NCBI GenBank assembly: GCA_016933055.1
Contig: JAFGBS010000001.1
Span: 1 to 32,000, forward strand
Length of the DNA stretch: 32,000 nt
Direction of reading: 5' to 3'
Source: Promethearchaeota archaeon
GTDB taxonomy: Archaea; Asgardarchaeota; Lokiarchaeia; Sigyniarchaeales; Promethearchaeaceae
The notes beneath the pieces are model-generated. The model did no database searches. It had not been told where the DNA came from and saw only the letters and a program-made list of their open reading frames with translations. Below, piece after piece: positions 6,919 to 16,542 of this stretch; within the stretch, counting starts at the first letter, position 1, and each line of letters opens with the position of its first letter. A program made the translations under genes and the position numbers.

Positions 6919-9578
6919 AAGAATGTATTCTTTTTAATAATATTAAAATCTACAATTTCGTTTTTTTCTTTTCCATTGAAATGAAGAGTTAGATGCAAAT
7001 CATCACTGTAAACTGCTCGAATTTTAAAGCTGCCTTCCTTTTCATTTCCTATTTGGGAAAATTGAACCCTTAACTTAGAATCAGATTTTAATAGCCGTTT
7101 TGTGATATCCTTTTTTCCTAAAAGCGCCTTTACAGGCTTCTTGGTTAGGATTAATTCCAAAACATTTCTACTACCCCGAAAGTGGGACCCTGTTATGGAG
7201 TATTCCGTGTTTTCATTATTAACAATCTTTCTTACCTCGTTTAACTCAGAAGTGCATACACATAAACAAATATCTTTGTTGATAGTTTTGTTAAAACTCC
7301 ATAGTGAAGAACTTCTTTCCAAAATAGTTACATCCTTAATAACAAAACCATTCACATTTTGAGTGTTTAACCAAATATCATTAAAGATAATTTCGATATT
7401 TTCAAACTTATTATGAGTTAAATTAGTTACTGTCACAAATTCTTCTTTATCTTCAGTTCGCAATCGCGTTACGGTTAGACCTTCCGAATGGATAATTTTT
7501 CTTGGTGATATTTTCAACTGTTCGATAACTTGCTTGAAATATTGTAATCCTTCCTCATCAGGCAAGGGAATGAATCCAAAATGATAAATTTGACCCCCAT
7601 TTTTCATGTTACGATGGAATGCATAGACTTTTTTTGATTGCTCGGATACATCAGTAGCAAGAACAATATTTTTCGTACCTTTGGACTGGTTTTTTTCCGT
7701 ATCCTCTAAATGATAGGAATAAATATTTCGATAGGAATTGAAATTCGTTTTCTCCAGTCTAATACTTTTGGGATTCTCTTTTTTCTGAATACTAGCGTGA
7801 TAAAGTGAAGATAATGTATCATCTGATCGCATATGTCCATTTCTAGTCGGTATATCATAAAAAGAGAGAATTATCCCGCCTTCTTCCGCATAATGTTTCA
7901 GTAAATTCATACTCGTTTTATCTAGAAAGGAAAAAAATATTGCAACGACTATTTTGTGTTTTTTTAAGTCTTCTATAGAACTAGTTTGTAGATCTATCCA
8001 TTTGGGATGATATCCTAATCTAAGGAATATTTCATATTCCGGAAACGGTGATTCTTGTAAAATCTGCTGGGGATCTGGGATAAATCCAAATTTAGAAGTA
8101 TTAAAATTCAAGCGTGAATAAGGATGGTAATACAATACTGCAATATCACCATCGTACACTTTTTCAGCACCTAAAAGTTTTTCACCCCTTACTTGTATAT
8201 AATCGGAATTTGATTCAATCACATCGAAGCTTGGATTTTTTTGCCCTTGAATCCCTATAGGAGCATTATAATCATAAAAATCTCCGATTAATTCTACGAT
8301 TAAAGATTCCCCATTAAAATTTACGCTTTTCTTAAGAATTGAATAGGTATCACCTGACAATTCCGTTTTTGGACTACGCCCTCCTACTCCCATGTAATAA
8401 TTTATTCCTTTAACTCCATTTCCAAGCACCAAGCGGGTTAAAAGATGCACAGAATTTGGTGAAATAATTTCATCTGGAATCCCAATTTTCAGTTCTGGGA
8501 TCAGACAAAGTAGCGGTATTTGAGTTTTTATCAATTCAATATTTGCTTCTAATAGGTATTGATTCTCTTCGATTTGCTTAAGAAAATCATCATGGACGTC
8601 CAAACCCACCGCAATTTTAGTTTTATACGCCTTATAATATGAATTAGCATTTACAGGGGAGGATAAATAAGGGACATTCACCATATAAGGTAAGTACAAT
8701 CCTTTCTTACGGAGAATATAACTCAAGGATGAAATATATTCTTCATTAATTTTCTCTTTAAATTCCATCCAATCTAAATTCCGCATAAATTCTCCCAAAA
8801 TTCTAAATTCATTTTGAGAATTAATTCCATCCTCTTGAGTTCTAGAAGTAGGTGGTTCAACATGATCGAAACTTAGAAAATTTTGACTATACGTTGAATT
8901 TACAGTATCGATATCTCGGTATTTTTCTTTTAAAAATGTCTTATAAAATTCAAGAGCAACGGGATTGTAATCCCCTTCAAAAATACTTTGGTTTTTGCTA
9001 ATATTGATTTCATGATCTAGTTGCAATAAAATTAGACCACCATGAGGGTATAAATGTCTGCGCAACACTCCAGCGATCTTATCCATATATGAATCAACTA
9101 GCCGGAGAAAAGTAGGAGAGAGATATGATATATTTTTATAAGGTTTTCTTAGGGATTTTTTATCCTCATTTTGGCATAATATCTTCGGATGATCTTTTAT
9201 CACCCATGATGGAATTCCTCCATACTGTAAATCCGAATTAATCCACGGTCCTACACGCACGATCAAATAAAATCCTTTATTTTCGCATAAATGCAAAAAA
9301 TGATCTAAATCCTTGGAAGGTGAAGTGATATCGAATTTACCTGCTTCCTCCTCATGATAACTCCAAAAAATACTTGTAGATATTGTATTTAATCCTAAAG
9401 TTTTGGCTTTGGTCAATCGATCCTCCCATTCATCGGATGGTATCCGGAAATAATGAATTTCACCTGAATTTATAAAAACAATCCTAGAACCAATTTGAAA
9501 CCGGTTTTTTCGTATAATTATTCCGTTTGATCTAATTTCTTCTTGCATTTGTAATGAACATCCTAAATCCATGATCAA
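6915..9578 (-). CDS. GH35/GH42-like beta-glycosidase (beta-galactosidase / GlmA-like architecture)
   Basis: SGEIHYFRIP...W.DRL.KAK.LGLNTI...WSYHE, VRVGPWI..D...GGIP.W, QLDHE, IPE. A GH42-type trimerisation segment follows (LKKHKIVV...LKHYAEEGG). Confidence 0.85.
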   Translation of the reverse strand: MIMDLGCSLQMQEEIRSNGIIIRKNRFQIGSRIVFINSGEIHYFRIPSDEWEDRLTKAKTLGLNTISTSIFWSYHEEEAGKFDITSPSKDLDHFLHLCENKGFYLIVRVGPWINSDLQYGGIPSWVIKDHPKILCQNEDKKSLRKPYKNISYLSPTFLRLVDSYMDKIAGVLRRHLYPHGGLILLQLDHEINISKNQSIFEGDYNPVALEFYKTFLKEKYRDIDTVNSTYSQNFLSFDHVEPPTSRTQEDGINSQNEFRILGEFMRNLDWMEFKEKINEEYISSLSYILRKKGLYLPYMVNVPYLSSPVNANSYYKAYKTKIAVGLDVHDDFLKQIEENQYLLEANIELIKTQIPLLCLIPELKIGIPDEIISPNSVHLLTRLVLGNGVKGINYYMGVGGRSPKTELSGDTYSILKKSVNFNGESLIVELIGDFYDYNAPIGIQGQKNPSFDVIESNSDYIQVRGEKLLGAEKVYDGDIAVLYYHPYSRLNFNTSKFGFIPDPQQILQESPFPEYEIFLRLGYHPKWIDLQTSSIEDLKKHKIVVAIFFSFLDKTSMNLLKHYAEEGGIILSFYDIPTRNGHMRSDDTLSSLYHASIQKKENPKSIRLEKTNFNSYRNIYSYHLEDTEKNQSKGTKNIVLATDVSEQSKKVYAFHRNMKNGGQIYHFGFIPLPDEEGLQYFKQVIEQLKISPRKIIHSEGLTVTRLRTEDKEEFVTVTNLTHNKFENIEIIFNDIWLNTQNVNGFVIKDVTILERSSSLWSFNKTINKDICLCVCTSELNEVRKIVNNENTEYSITGSHFRGSRNVLELILTKKPVKALLGKKDITKRLLKSDSKLRVQFSQIGNEKEGSFKIRAVYSDDLHLTLHFNGKEKNEIVDFNIIKKNTFL

Positions 9579-9631
9579 AATTGCTGATCTGTGTGCAAAT
9601 ATGGGTGAATAATAAGGGGAGATAAAAGAAT

Positions 9632-10471
9632 TTATTCCTTCTTCGGAAGTGATTTTCCCTTTTTCTTATGATAGATAAGTTCGTTCGCGAATTGAGACAC
9701 ATCTCTATAAATTGTACTCATTACTTCACTAAATTCATGATTCTTTATTTCGGAAGGAGTACCGAGCTGATGGAATAAAGTTTCTGTAGATTCCAACGGT
9801 GAAATATCAAATTCAATAGACTGTAATTTGGAGATATCCGGATGAAGAAAACTACGGGATTTTTGTGTATTGGGTTCAATTTGGCCAGACCTCATTACAT
9901 TATCTCTGGGTTCTCCTTCTGTTGCTAAGAATTGTAATTCAGATAGTAATTCTTCGCGACTCTTACCACGAAGTTCAAAAAGCATAAAAGGATCATAGTC
10001 GAAAATGGACGCAAGTGTCAATATAACAGCTGCAATATGCTTACAAGGTATTTCTTCATCGGGACAATTACAAGTTGCATCCAAGTTCTGTTTGGGAACA
10101 GGAAAAAGTGGTACACCTTTCCGTAAAAATAGTTTATTTATATGTTGAGGCATTTCTCCAGAAAGAAGCTTAGCTTCAATCTCTATTGTTTGCCCCATCT
10201 CCTCTATTACTTGTCTCCACTGCTCTGAAACTATGGGTGTAAATTCAATCTTGACCCGGTATGGAACTGGTGCTGTTCCTTGGCATAAGGCAAAAATTTC
10301 TCCTTTTTTTATAATAATATTGGAAACACGATTTTCTTTGGTATACGTTATTCCACGCTGCATTCTAAAGAATCTACCATATTTAAGCATGGATTTAATC
10401 CAAGAACGACCCCACCATGTTGAACCGAATTGTAACAAAGTCTTAATTTTGTCATCGGATTTATGTGACAT
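9632..10471 (-). CDS. SWIM zinc-finger protein (YwqB/Rv2102-like)
   Basis: TWWGRSWI...GRFFRMQRGITY, QGTAPVPYRV, PLFP, and the SWIM motif CNCPDEEIPCKHIAAV...FD.DPF.LF.LRG. Confidence 0.92.
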   Translation of the reverse strand: MSHKSDDKIKTLLQFGSTWWGRSWIKSMLKYGRFFRMQRGITYTKENRVSNIIIKKGEIFALCQGTAPVPYRVKIEFTPIVSEQWRQVIEEMGQTIEIEAKLLSGEMPQHINKLFLRKGVPLFPVPKQNLDATCNCPDEEIPCKHIAAVILTLASIFDYDPFMLFELRGKSREELLSELQFLATEGEPRDNVMRSGQIEPNTQKSRSFLHPDISKLQSIEFDISPLESTETLFHQLGTPSEIKNHEFSEVMSTIYRDVSQFANELIYHKKKGKSLPKKE

Positions 10472-10474
10472 TCT

Positions 10475-13400
10475 CTACAGTCCCTCCTCCCCCAATAGAA
10501 ATATTTTTTGAAGTTCTCCAAAAGATAGTTCTGTGATCCATTCTTCTCCAGTTACTTGTATAATACTTTCAGCAAGATCTCGTTTCTGTTCCAGCATTTT
10601 GCTTATTTTTTCTTCAATCGTACCCTCTACGACCATTTTGTACACATTTACTTTATTCTCTTGCCCGATCCGGTATGCTCGATCCGTAGCTTGATCTTCC
10701 ACTGCCGGATTCCACCATCTATCGAAGTGCATAACAACAGAAGCTTTAGATAGATTCAGTCCAACACCACCCGCTCTTAAGGATAATAGAAGCACTGGGT
10801 TCTCAAAATTTCCTTCCTGAAAATCTTCTACGATTTCTGTTCGTAATTCTTGTTTTATTCCTCCATGAATAAAAGGTACTTGATAATTGAAGACTTCTTC
10901 AATAACATACTGCAAAATGTCCCCCATTACTTTAAATTGTGTAAATATCAGTACCTTACTTTTGCTTGCAATTGCTTCTTCTAATAACTCTATGAATCTC
11001 CTTAATTTCCCCGATCTTTTAATGAAATCATTTAAATTATATTTTTTGATAGTCTCTAAGGGGGTATGTAAATAATGATCAGGATGATTACACACTTGTT
11101 TTAGTTGCATTAATGCTTTTAAAATAAGCCCTTTAGTCCGGAATTTTTGTTTTGAATTTTCCTCTACTGCCTCTACTTCAGTTAACATACTTTTCACGAT
11201 TTGTATATACAACGCTTTTTGTTCATCGGATAGACTAACATATACTTCTGTCTCTTGCTTATCTGGGAGTTCTGGGATAATTTGCCTATTAGTTTTCATT
11301 CTGCGTAACAAAAAAGGATTAACAAGATTCTGAAGTTCAGTTGTTAATTTTTCATTTCCCAAGCGTCCGACAGGTATAGCATATCTTTTCAAGAATTGTC
11401 TACGAGATCCCAATAAAAAAGGATTTAAAAAATGATATAAACTCCATAATTCGGTGATACGGTTTTCAATGGGAGTGCCTGATAAGGCAATTTTTCTCTT
11501 GGTTTTTTCTTTTAAACGATAGACTGCCCTAGCTTGTTTTGTTTTATAATTCTTGATATTTTGACTTTCATCCAAAATGACAGATTCCCATTTAGCAACT
11601 TCGATTAGATCAATATCACGACGTAAAATATTATACGAGGTCAAAATTACATTATAATTTTGCAGTACCCTATTCAATGCATCAATATCTTTAGCTCGTT
11701 CTGCTCCATAGTGCAATTTTGCCTGTATGGTGGGTGAAAATTTATTAATCTCTCGCATCCAATTTCCGAGTACTGATGTTGGACAAATGACTAAAAAATT
11801 CCTATTCTTTTGGTTATTTTCAAGGAGAGAAAGAATTAATGCAATAATTTGGATAGTTTTACCTAAGCCCATATCGTCTGCCAATACACAACCAAATCCA
11901 ATGGATGTTATGAGTCTCATCCAGTTAAATCCATATACTTGATATTTTCGAAGGATTCCTTGAAATTCAGAGGGTTGAGGTTCATTTGGTATCTCCATTT
12001 CCCCCTTGATGAATTTTATGACATTTTCCAAAGGACCATAAAACTGTACGGGAAATGGACCAGAGGTTCCATCTTGGTCTGTCTTAATATATGCATTTTG
12101 TGTCAAAGCTAGTTTTAGAGCATTTTCTCCTGTAATTCCTCCCTTAAGAGAGGAATTATTTCCATAAAATTGTTCTATATTACGCTTATCGACTAAAATC
12201 CATTGATCATTCCAATACATCAAAGAATGTCGTTCATCTGAAGAATTTAATAACTTATTTCTTTCTTCCTGGGATAAAATAGTATCCCCAATCTTTAAAA
12301 TCCATTCATAGGAGAGAACAGAAGAAATATCAAATGTTGTGGATTGAATTGAGGGTTCTATAGAATGAGGTTTCTCGGATTCTGTGCTATATATTGATAA
12401 CACCGGTTGAATGCGTTGGGACCCTCCCGCTGAAAAACTTTTCGGAATATCAATACTATATCCAAGAGAATTAAAACTTTCCATTCCAGATTGAAGCAGG
12501 CTCACAACTTCTGCCGAAGAGAGGACGATTTTGTTGGGATTTTTTTCTTTTAAAGAGCGACTGAGGGGTTTGAACACATAGCTTAGAACATTGAATGACT
12601 TCAATAAATACTCACGAATTGCAATATCTTCATTTTTACGAAATAGCAATTGTGCTTTTTCTAAACCCCGAAAACATTTCCAGAATTTCTTTAAGGGATA
12701 TTCAACCGAATCATCAGAGAGAGAATGAATTGAAAAAAGTAAATTCCATTTTCCTTCCTTCTGATTACCCGATTTAGGGGATTGTAAAGTAAATTTTAAA
12801 CTATATCCAAGCCTCCAAGAGAGATTTAATTTTTGGGACCATAAATCAAATATATGTGGAATGATCTCCTCTTTTACATTAAAAATACTAAATTGGGGAG
12901 AAGGAGAAAGTAAACTTTGTATTAACCTACTTTCCCAAGGAATCTGATAATTCATTTCTTGTTCAGTAACTGCACTAATCTCACGAATTAAAGAATCCAG
13001 AACCGTTTCTATGAAAACACGGCTAAGCTCTGAAGCGGAATAAATTTGAGATGTGGTTTTTATTGAATTTTGGAAACGAAAAATTTCTTTAAATTCTGGT
13101 GGAATGATAAAATCATGCATAGATTCGATATTTTCGATTATAGGGATGGCATGAGCAGAAATCGGGGCGTATTTTAAAATTTGAATATAATTTATGACAT
13201 CTTTTTTCGTTTTTAAGATTGGTTTCCAGACCGATTGCATTTTCCCTATGATTTCTTGGAAATAATCTTGATCCTCGGAAGATTCTATTTGGGTTACATA
13301 TGGAATATAGCTTCCTTTAGCCATTAATTGCAAAGTCAATTTTACAATTAAGCTCCAAAAATACATTGAAGAACTAATTTCAAGATGGGAATACAAGTCT

Positions 13401-13777
13401 AGACGTATCAACGAACGATCTGCAAGGAAATTCACAATTTTTTTTAATGGGACGATTTTAGCAATTGTATTCCCTAAAATCATTGAACTTTTTACAGATG
13501 AGGATTCCTCAACATTTATTTGGCGAATATAATCCAATGGATAAACAAGATTTATTGAACATGTAAGAGCTTTTTCGATCGGGAAATCAGGAAGAGTTTT
13601 TTCAATACTTTCATGTAAAATTTCCTCTGATAAATTTAATGGAATCCACAAGATAAAGAAAGGTTCTTTTATGCGTGGGAGTTCACGTTTTTCGTTTTGG
13701 GTAAATATTATTAAGTTAGAATTGTGTGAGTTTGCATACTCTAAAGGAATAAATGTTAATTCAGGGAATTTTTTCAT
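10475..13777 (-). CDS. SNF2/SWI2-family ATPase with DUF3670-like N-terminus (YwqA/HelZ/SSO1653 type)
   Basis: All helicase motifs are intact: LADDMGLGKT, ILDESQNIKN, LSGTPIENR, QLKQVCNHP, LIFTQF, LSLRAGGVGLNL, DRWWNPAVEDQATDRAYRIGQ. It lies 3 bp upstream of the SWIM gene. Confidence 0.95.
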   Translation of the reverse strand: MKKFPELTFIPLEYANSHNSNLIIFTQNEKRELPRIKEPFFILWIPLNLSEEILHESIEKTLPDFPIEKALTCSINLVYPLDYIRQINVEESSSVKSSMILGNTIAKIVPLKKIVNFLADRSLIRLDLYSHLEISSSMYFWSLIVKLTLQLMAKGSYIPYVTQIESSEDQDYFQEIIGKMQSVWKPILKTKKDVINYIQILKYAPISAHAIPIIENIESMHDFIIPPEFKEIFRFQNSIKTTSQIYSASELSRVFIETVLDSLIREISAVTEQEMNYQIPWESRLIQSLLSPSPQFSIFNVKEEIIPHIFDLWSQKLNLSWRLGYSLKFTLQSPKSGNQKEGKWNLLFSIHSLSDDSVEYPLKKFWKCFRGLEKAQLLFRKNEDIAIREYLLKSFNVLSYVFKPLSRSLKEKNPNKIVLSSAEVVSLLQSGMESFNSLGYSIDIPKSFSAGGSQRIQPVLSIYSTESEKPHSIEPSIQSTTFDISSVLSYEWILKIGDTILSQEERNKLLNSSDERHSLMYWNDQWILVDKRNIEQFYGNNSSLKGGITGENALKLALTQNAYIKTDQDGTSGPFPVQFYGPLENVIKFIKGEMEIPNEPQPSEFQGILRKYQVYGFNWMRLITSIGFGCVLADDMGLGKTIQIIALILSLLENNQKNRNFLVICPTSVLGNWMREINKFSPTIQAKLHYGAERAKDIDALNRVLQNYNVILTSYNILRRDIDLIEVAKWESVILDESQNIKNYKTKQARAVYRLKEKTKRKIALSGTPIENRITELWSLYHFLNPFLLGSRRQFLKRYAIPVGRLGNEKLTTELQNLVNPFLLRRMKTNRQIIPELPDKQETEVYVSLSDEQKALYIQIVKSMLTEVEAVEENSKQKFRTKGLILKALMQLKQVCNHPDHYLHTPLETIKKYNLNDFIKRSGKLRRFIELLEEAIASKSKVLIFTQFKVMGDILQYVIEEVFNYQVPFIHGGIKQELRTEIVEDFQEGNFENPVLLLSLRAGGVGLNLSKASVVMHFDRWWNPAVEDQATDRAYRIGQENKVNVYKMVVEGTIEEKISKMLEQKRDLAESIIQVTGEEWITELSFGELQKIFLLGEEGL

Positions 13778-13800
13778 GGATGGGCACTATGGTGTTAAAA

Positions 13801-14457
13801 TTATGGATTAAGTAAATATCTTAGAGTTTCAATGAGAGTATTTCGAAATTTTTTAATATCATTTCCTTCTAAAGATAAATCCGAGATCAGTTCATTTATT
13901 TTATTTCGTTCAGATATTTTAATATCTGTCTCGGTTAATACAGCTCCTACCACTAATGAGTAGATAATTAAAGGAGATATTTTCCGAAACTCTCCCCGTT
14001 TAATACCTTCATTAAATAAATTTAAAATCACTTCAAACAACTGAATTGGTTCATATTGTGTTTCTATTGGTCCTTTTTTCCGAGATTTCGGCGGATCTAT
14101 CAGAAACATCATTTTCCACGAATTTGGATTCTCTGAAGAATAATCAAGGAAAAAAATCACTAATTTTTCGAAAAGATCAAAATATTTTCCTTCATGAGAG
14201 TGGATTATTTTTAAAAATTCACCCTTCAAAAGTTCGAAATCATGTTTTCTAATCGCTATCCAGAGCTCCCGTTTGCTATTTACGTAATTATAGAGATTGC
14301 CTTGCGTCATATTCAGTTTAGAGGCTAGCTTTCGTGTAGAAAAGCTCTGTTCCGAAGCAAACAATTCAGCGCCTTTTTGAATTATTTCTTCAAACAAATT
14401 AGCCTTATCTTTTTCACTTCGAGCTGGTTTTCTCCCCTTAGAATTATCATCATTCAC
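13801..14457 (-). CDS. TetR/AcrR family transcriptional regulator
   Basis: N-terminal HTH FSTRKLASKLNMTQGNLYNYVNSKRELW and a helical C-terminal domain; GTG start. Confidence 0.93.
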   Translation of the reverse strand: MNDDNSKGRKPARSEKDKANLFEEIIQKGAELFASEQSFSTRKLASKLNMTQGNLYNYVNSKRELWIAIRKHDFELLKGEFLKIIHSHEGKYFDLFEKLVIFFLDYSSENPNSWKMMFLIDPPKSRKKGPIETQYEPIQLFEVILNLFNEGIKRGEFRKISPLIIYSLVVGAVLTETDIKISERNKINELISDLSLEGNDIKKFRNTLIETLRYLLNP

Positions 14458-14487
14458 GCAAAATCATCCCAATTTCCACTCTATCCA

Positions 14488-14519
14488 GATAAAACTAGAA
14501 TTTTTCTCACTAGTTTATC
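14488..14519. promoter_or_regulatory. Inverted repeat, candidate TetR operator in a divergent intergenic region
   Basis: GATAAAACTAG-N11-CTAGTTTATC, with a perfect 7-bp core AAACTAG/CTAGTTT extending to 10 bp with one bulge, 30 nt upstream of the TetR start. Confidence 0.45.
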
Positions 14520-14637
14520 GAATAATTTCTCTTATAAAAACTCTGGTCCAGTATAATACAGTTATTTGATTTAAACAGAAGAGTTTTATTATCCACAACC
14601 GCATTAGTAGTTATACCAAGTTCAAGGTTGATATCCT

Positions 14638-16377
14638 TTGATTTTATATGGAAATCATTTCATGATCTTTGATCGGTTATGTGAAGATATCGGAAAATAT
14701 CGTCGTATTTTACCTTTTAAAGTTCAGAGTACCTATATTCCCTTAAAAAATGAAGAAAAAATCCTTCTCGCAGCTGATATCATTACTGAAAAAGGGTCCC
14801 TTATTGAACGTCCCACTTTCTTGCGAATAGGACACCGTTGGCGCGAAAAAGAAGACATAAAACAATATAATCCCCTAATCCAAGAAGGATTCAACTTTGT
14901 CAAAGTTGATGTAAGAGGAACTGGTTCGTCTTTCGGAAACCGGGAGATTCCATGGTCTCCATCTGAGATACAAGAAATTAATGATATTGTTCATTGGATA
15001 ACAGAACAACCATGGTCAGATGGAAAAGTTATACTTATTGGATCTGATTATTCTGCTACTGTATCAGAACTCGCAGTGACTTGTAATAACAATTCTATTT
15101 ATGCTTATATTTCGATTGGCAATGGTTTTAACCTTTATTCGGACGTAATGTATCCTGGGGGTCTCTTTTTAGAATCCTACGTTAAGAAATGGAGTGAGAA
15201 AAACAAATTATACGAGAACACTAAAATCAAACCATTAAATGACCCTCTTTATCATTCAAACGCTTCTATAATTAAAGATCAACATACAATGAATAAAGAT
15301 GTGATGGATCTGTTTTCCTCTATCGAGTTTAGCGATCAATTATTGGCTGAAACTAATATTCCTTTGACTACTATATGTATTTCTGCTCATTCCGATGAAA
15401 TATATAGGAACAAATTCCCTAAGTTTAGTGTTGGTTCTTGGTTTGATGCGAAAACAGCTAACTCCGTTATCCATCGATTTCTAAATTATTCTAAACCCTT
15501 TATTGGTGTAATTGGATGCTGGAAACAGGATGCTAACCCATTGAATCTTCTGAAGGATCCCGAATCACGATTAAAATCTACTAATTTACTGCTATTACTT
15601 GAATTTATACGCTTTGCCCGGAAATCTATAACTAATCCAACAAGTATTCCAAAATTATTATATTATTATACCAATAGAGAAAACAAATGGAAAGTTACTA
15701 ATACGTGGCCACTTCCAAATCAGGTCATTATGCCACTGTATTTAGCTGGGAAAAATCAACTGAATATGAGAATATCTTCTAAAGCTGAAAAAAGTATATA
15801 CAAAGTTAATTATTCTACAACAACTGGTACCGCCAACCGATGGCAAGCTCCTTTTGGTGATAAAATTTCTTATAAAAAGCGTGCGAAGCAAGATAAGAAG
15901 TGCTTGATATTTACCAGTCAAGCATTATCTGAATCGATTGAAATCACGGGACATCCTATGATTACATTGCATTTTAGTTCGACTCATAAAGATGGAGCAA
16001 TATTTGTGTATCTAGAAGTAATATACCAGAAACATGTATATTATCTATCAGAAGGGCAATTACGATTGATACTTTGGAAAGAATCCAGCAATCCGTATTA
16101 TAAAACTCCTATTCCCTATCGAAGTTTTGGAAAAAATGACGTGTCGTTTCTTCAACCGAATTCAATCTATAATATACGAATCCCCTTAGAACCAATTTCT
16201 GTGTTATTACCGGAAAAAAGCAAGATACGAATAGCAATTGCAGGTGCTGATGCTGGCAACTTCAAACTCTATCCGGAACCAATGAAACCACCTCCAGAAT
16301 GGAATATTTATCATAACACCGAATTTCCATCTCTTCTTGAATTACCCGTAATACCGAGGGATAATATAAAGAAATAA
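14638..16377 (+). CDS. CocE/NonD (peptidase S15-like) alpha/beta-hydrolase homolog with a degenerate catalytic triad
   Basis: LAADI, VDVRGTGSSFG, WITEQPWSDGKV, and the C-terminal jelly-roll motifs FTSQAL...EITGHP...EGQLR. The nucleophile elbow reads GSDYSA instead of GxSYxG, and the His site reads GCWKQ instead of GPWxH. Confidence 0.85.
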   Translation: MILYGNHFMIFDRLCEDIGKYRRILPFKVQSTYIPLKNEEKILLAADIITEKGSLIERPTFLRIGHRWREKEDIKQYNPLIQEGFNFVKVDVRGTGSSFGNREIPWSPSEIQEINDIVHWITEQPWSDGKVILIGSDYSATVSELAVTCNNNSIYAYISIGNGFNLYSDVMYPGGLFLESYVKKWSEKNKLYENTKIKPLNDPLYHSNASIIKDQHTMNKDVMDLFSSIEFSDQLLAETNIPLTTICISAHSDEIYRNKFPKFSVGSWFDAKTANSVIHRFLNYSKPFIGVIGCWKQDANPLNLLKDPESRLKSTNLLLLLEFIRFARKSITNPTSIPKLLYYYTNRENKWKVTNTWPLPNQVIMPLYLAGKNQLNMRISSKAEKSIYKVNYSTTTGTANRWQAPFGDKISYKKRAKQDKKCLIFTSQALSESIEITGHPMITLHFSSTHKDGAIFVYLEVIYQKHVYYLSEGQLRLILWKESSNPYYKTPIPYRSFGKNDVSFLQPNSIYNIRIPLEPISVLLPEKSKIRIAIAGADAGNFKLYPEPMKPPPEWNIYHNTEFPSLLELPVIPRDNIKK

Positions 16378-16542
16378 TGCATTTTTCTTTCTCAGTTCTT
16401 TCTCTATTTTCATATTGTTTAATCACAGAATCAAGTGTAAAGTATCAACATAGAGAACATTCATAACTTATTAAATTCTCTATAAGGAGAAATTTCTTTA
16501 GGTGCTCTTGCAATATCGATTATATACTAATTAGAAGTCGAG

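Noticed and set aside
9632-13777. SNF2/SWIM pair as part of a defence island
   Set aside because: There is no methylase, nuclease, toxin or mobile-element gene nearby, and the neighbours are metabolic genes.
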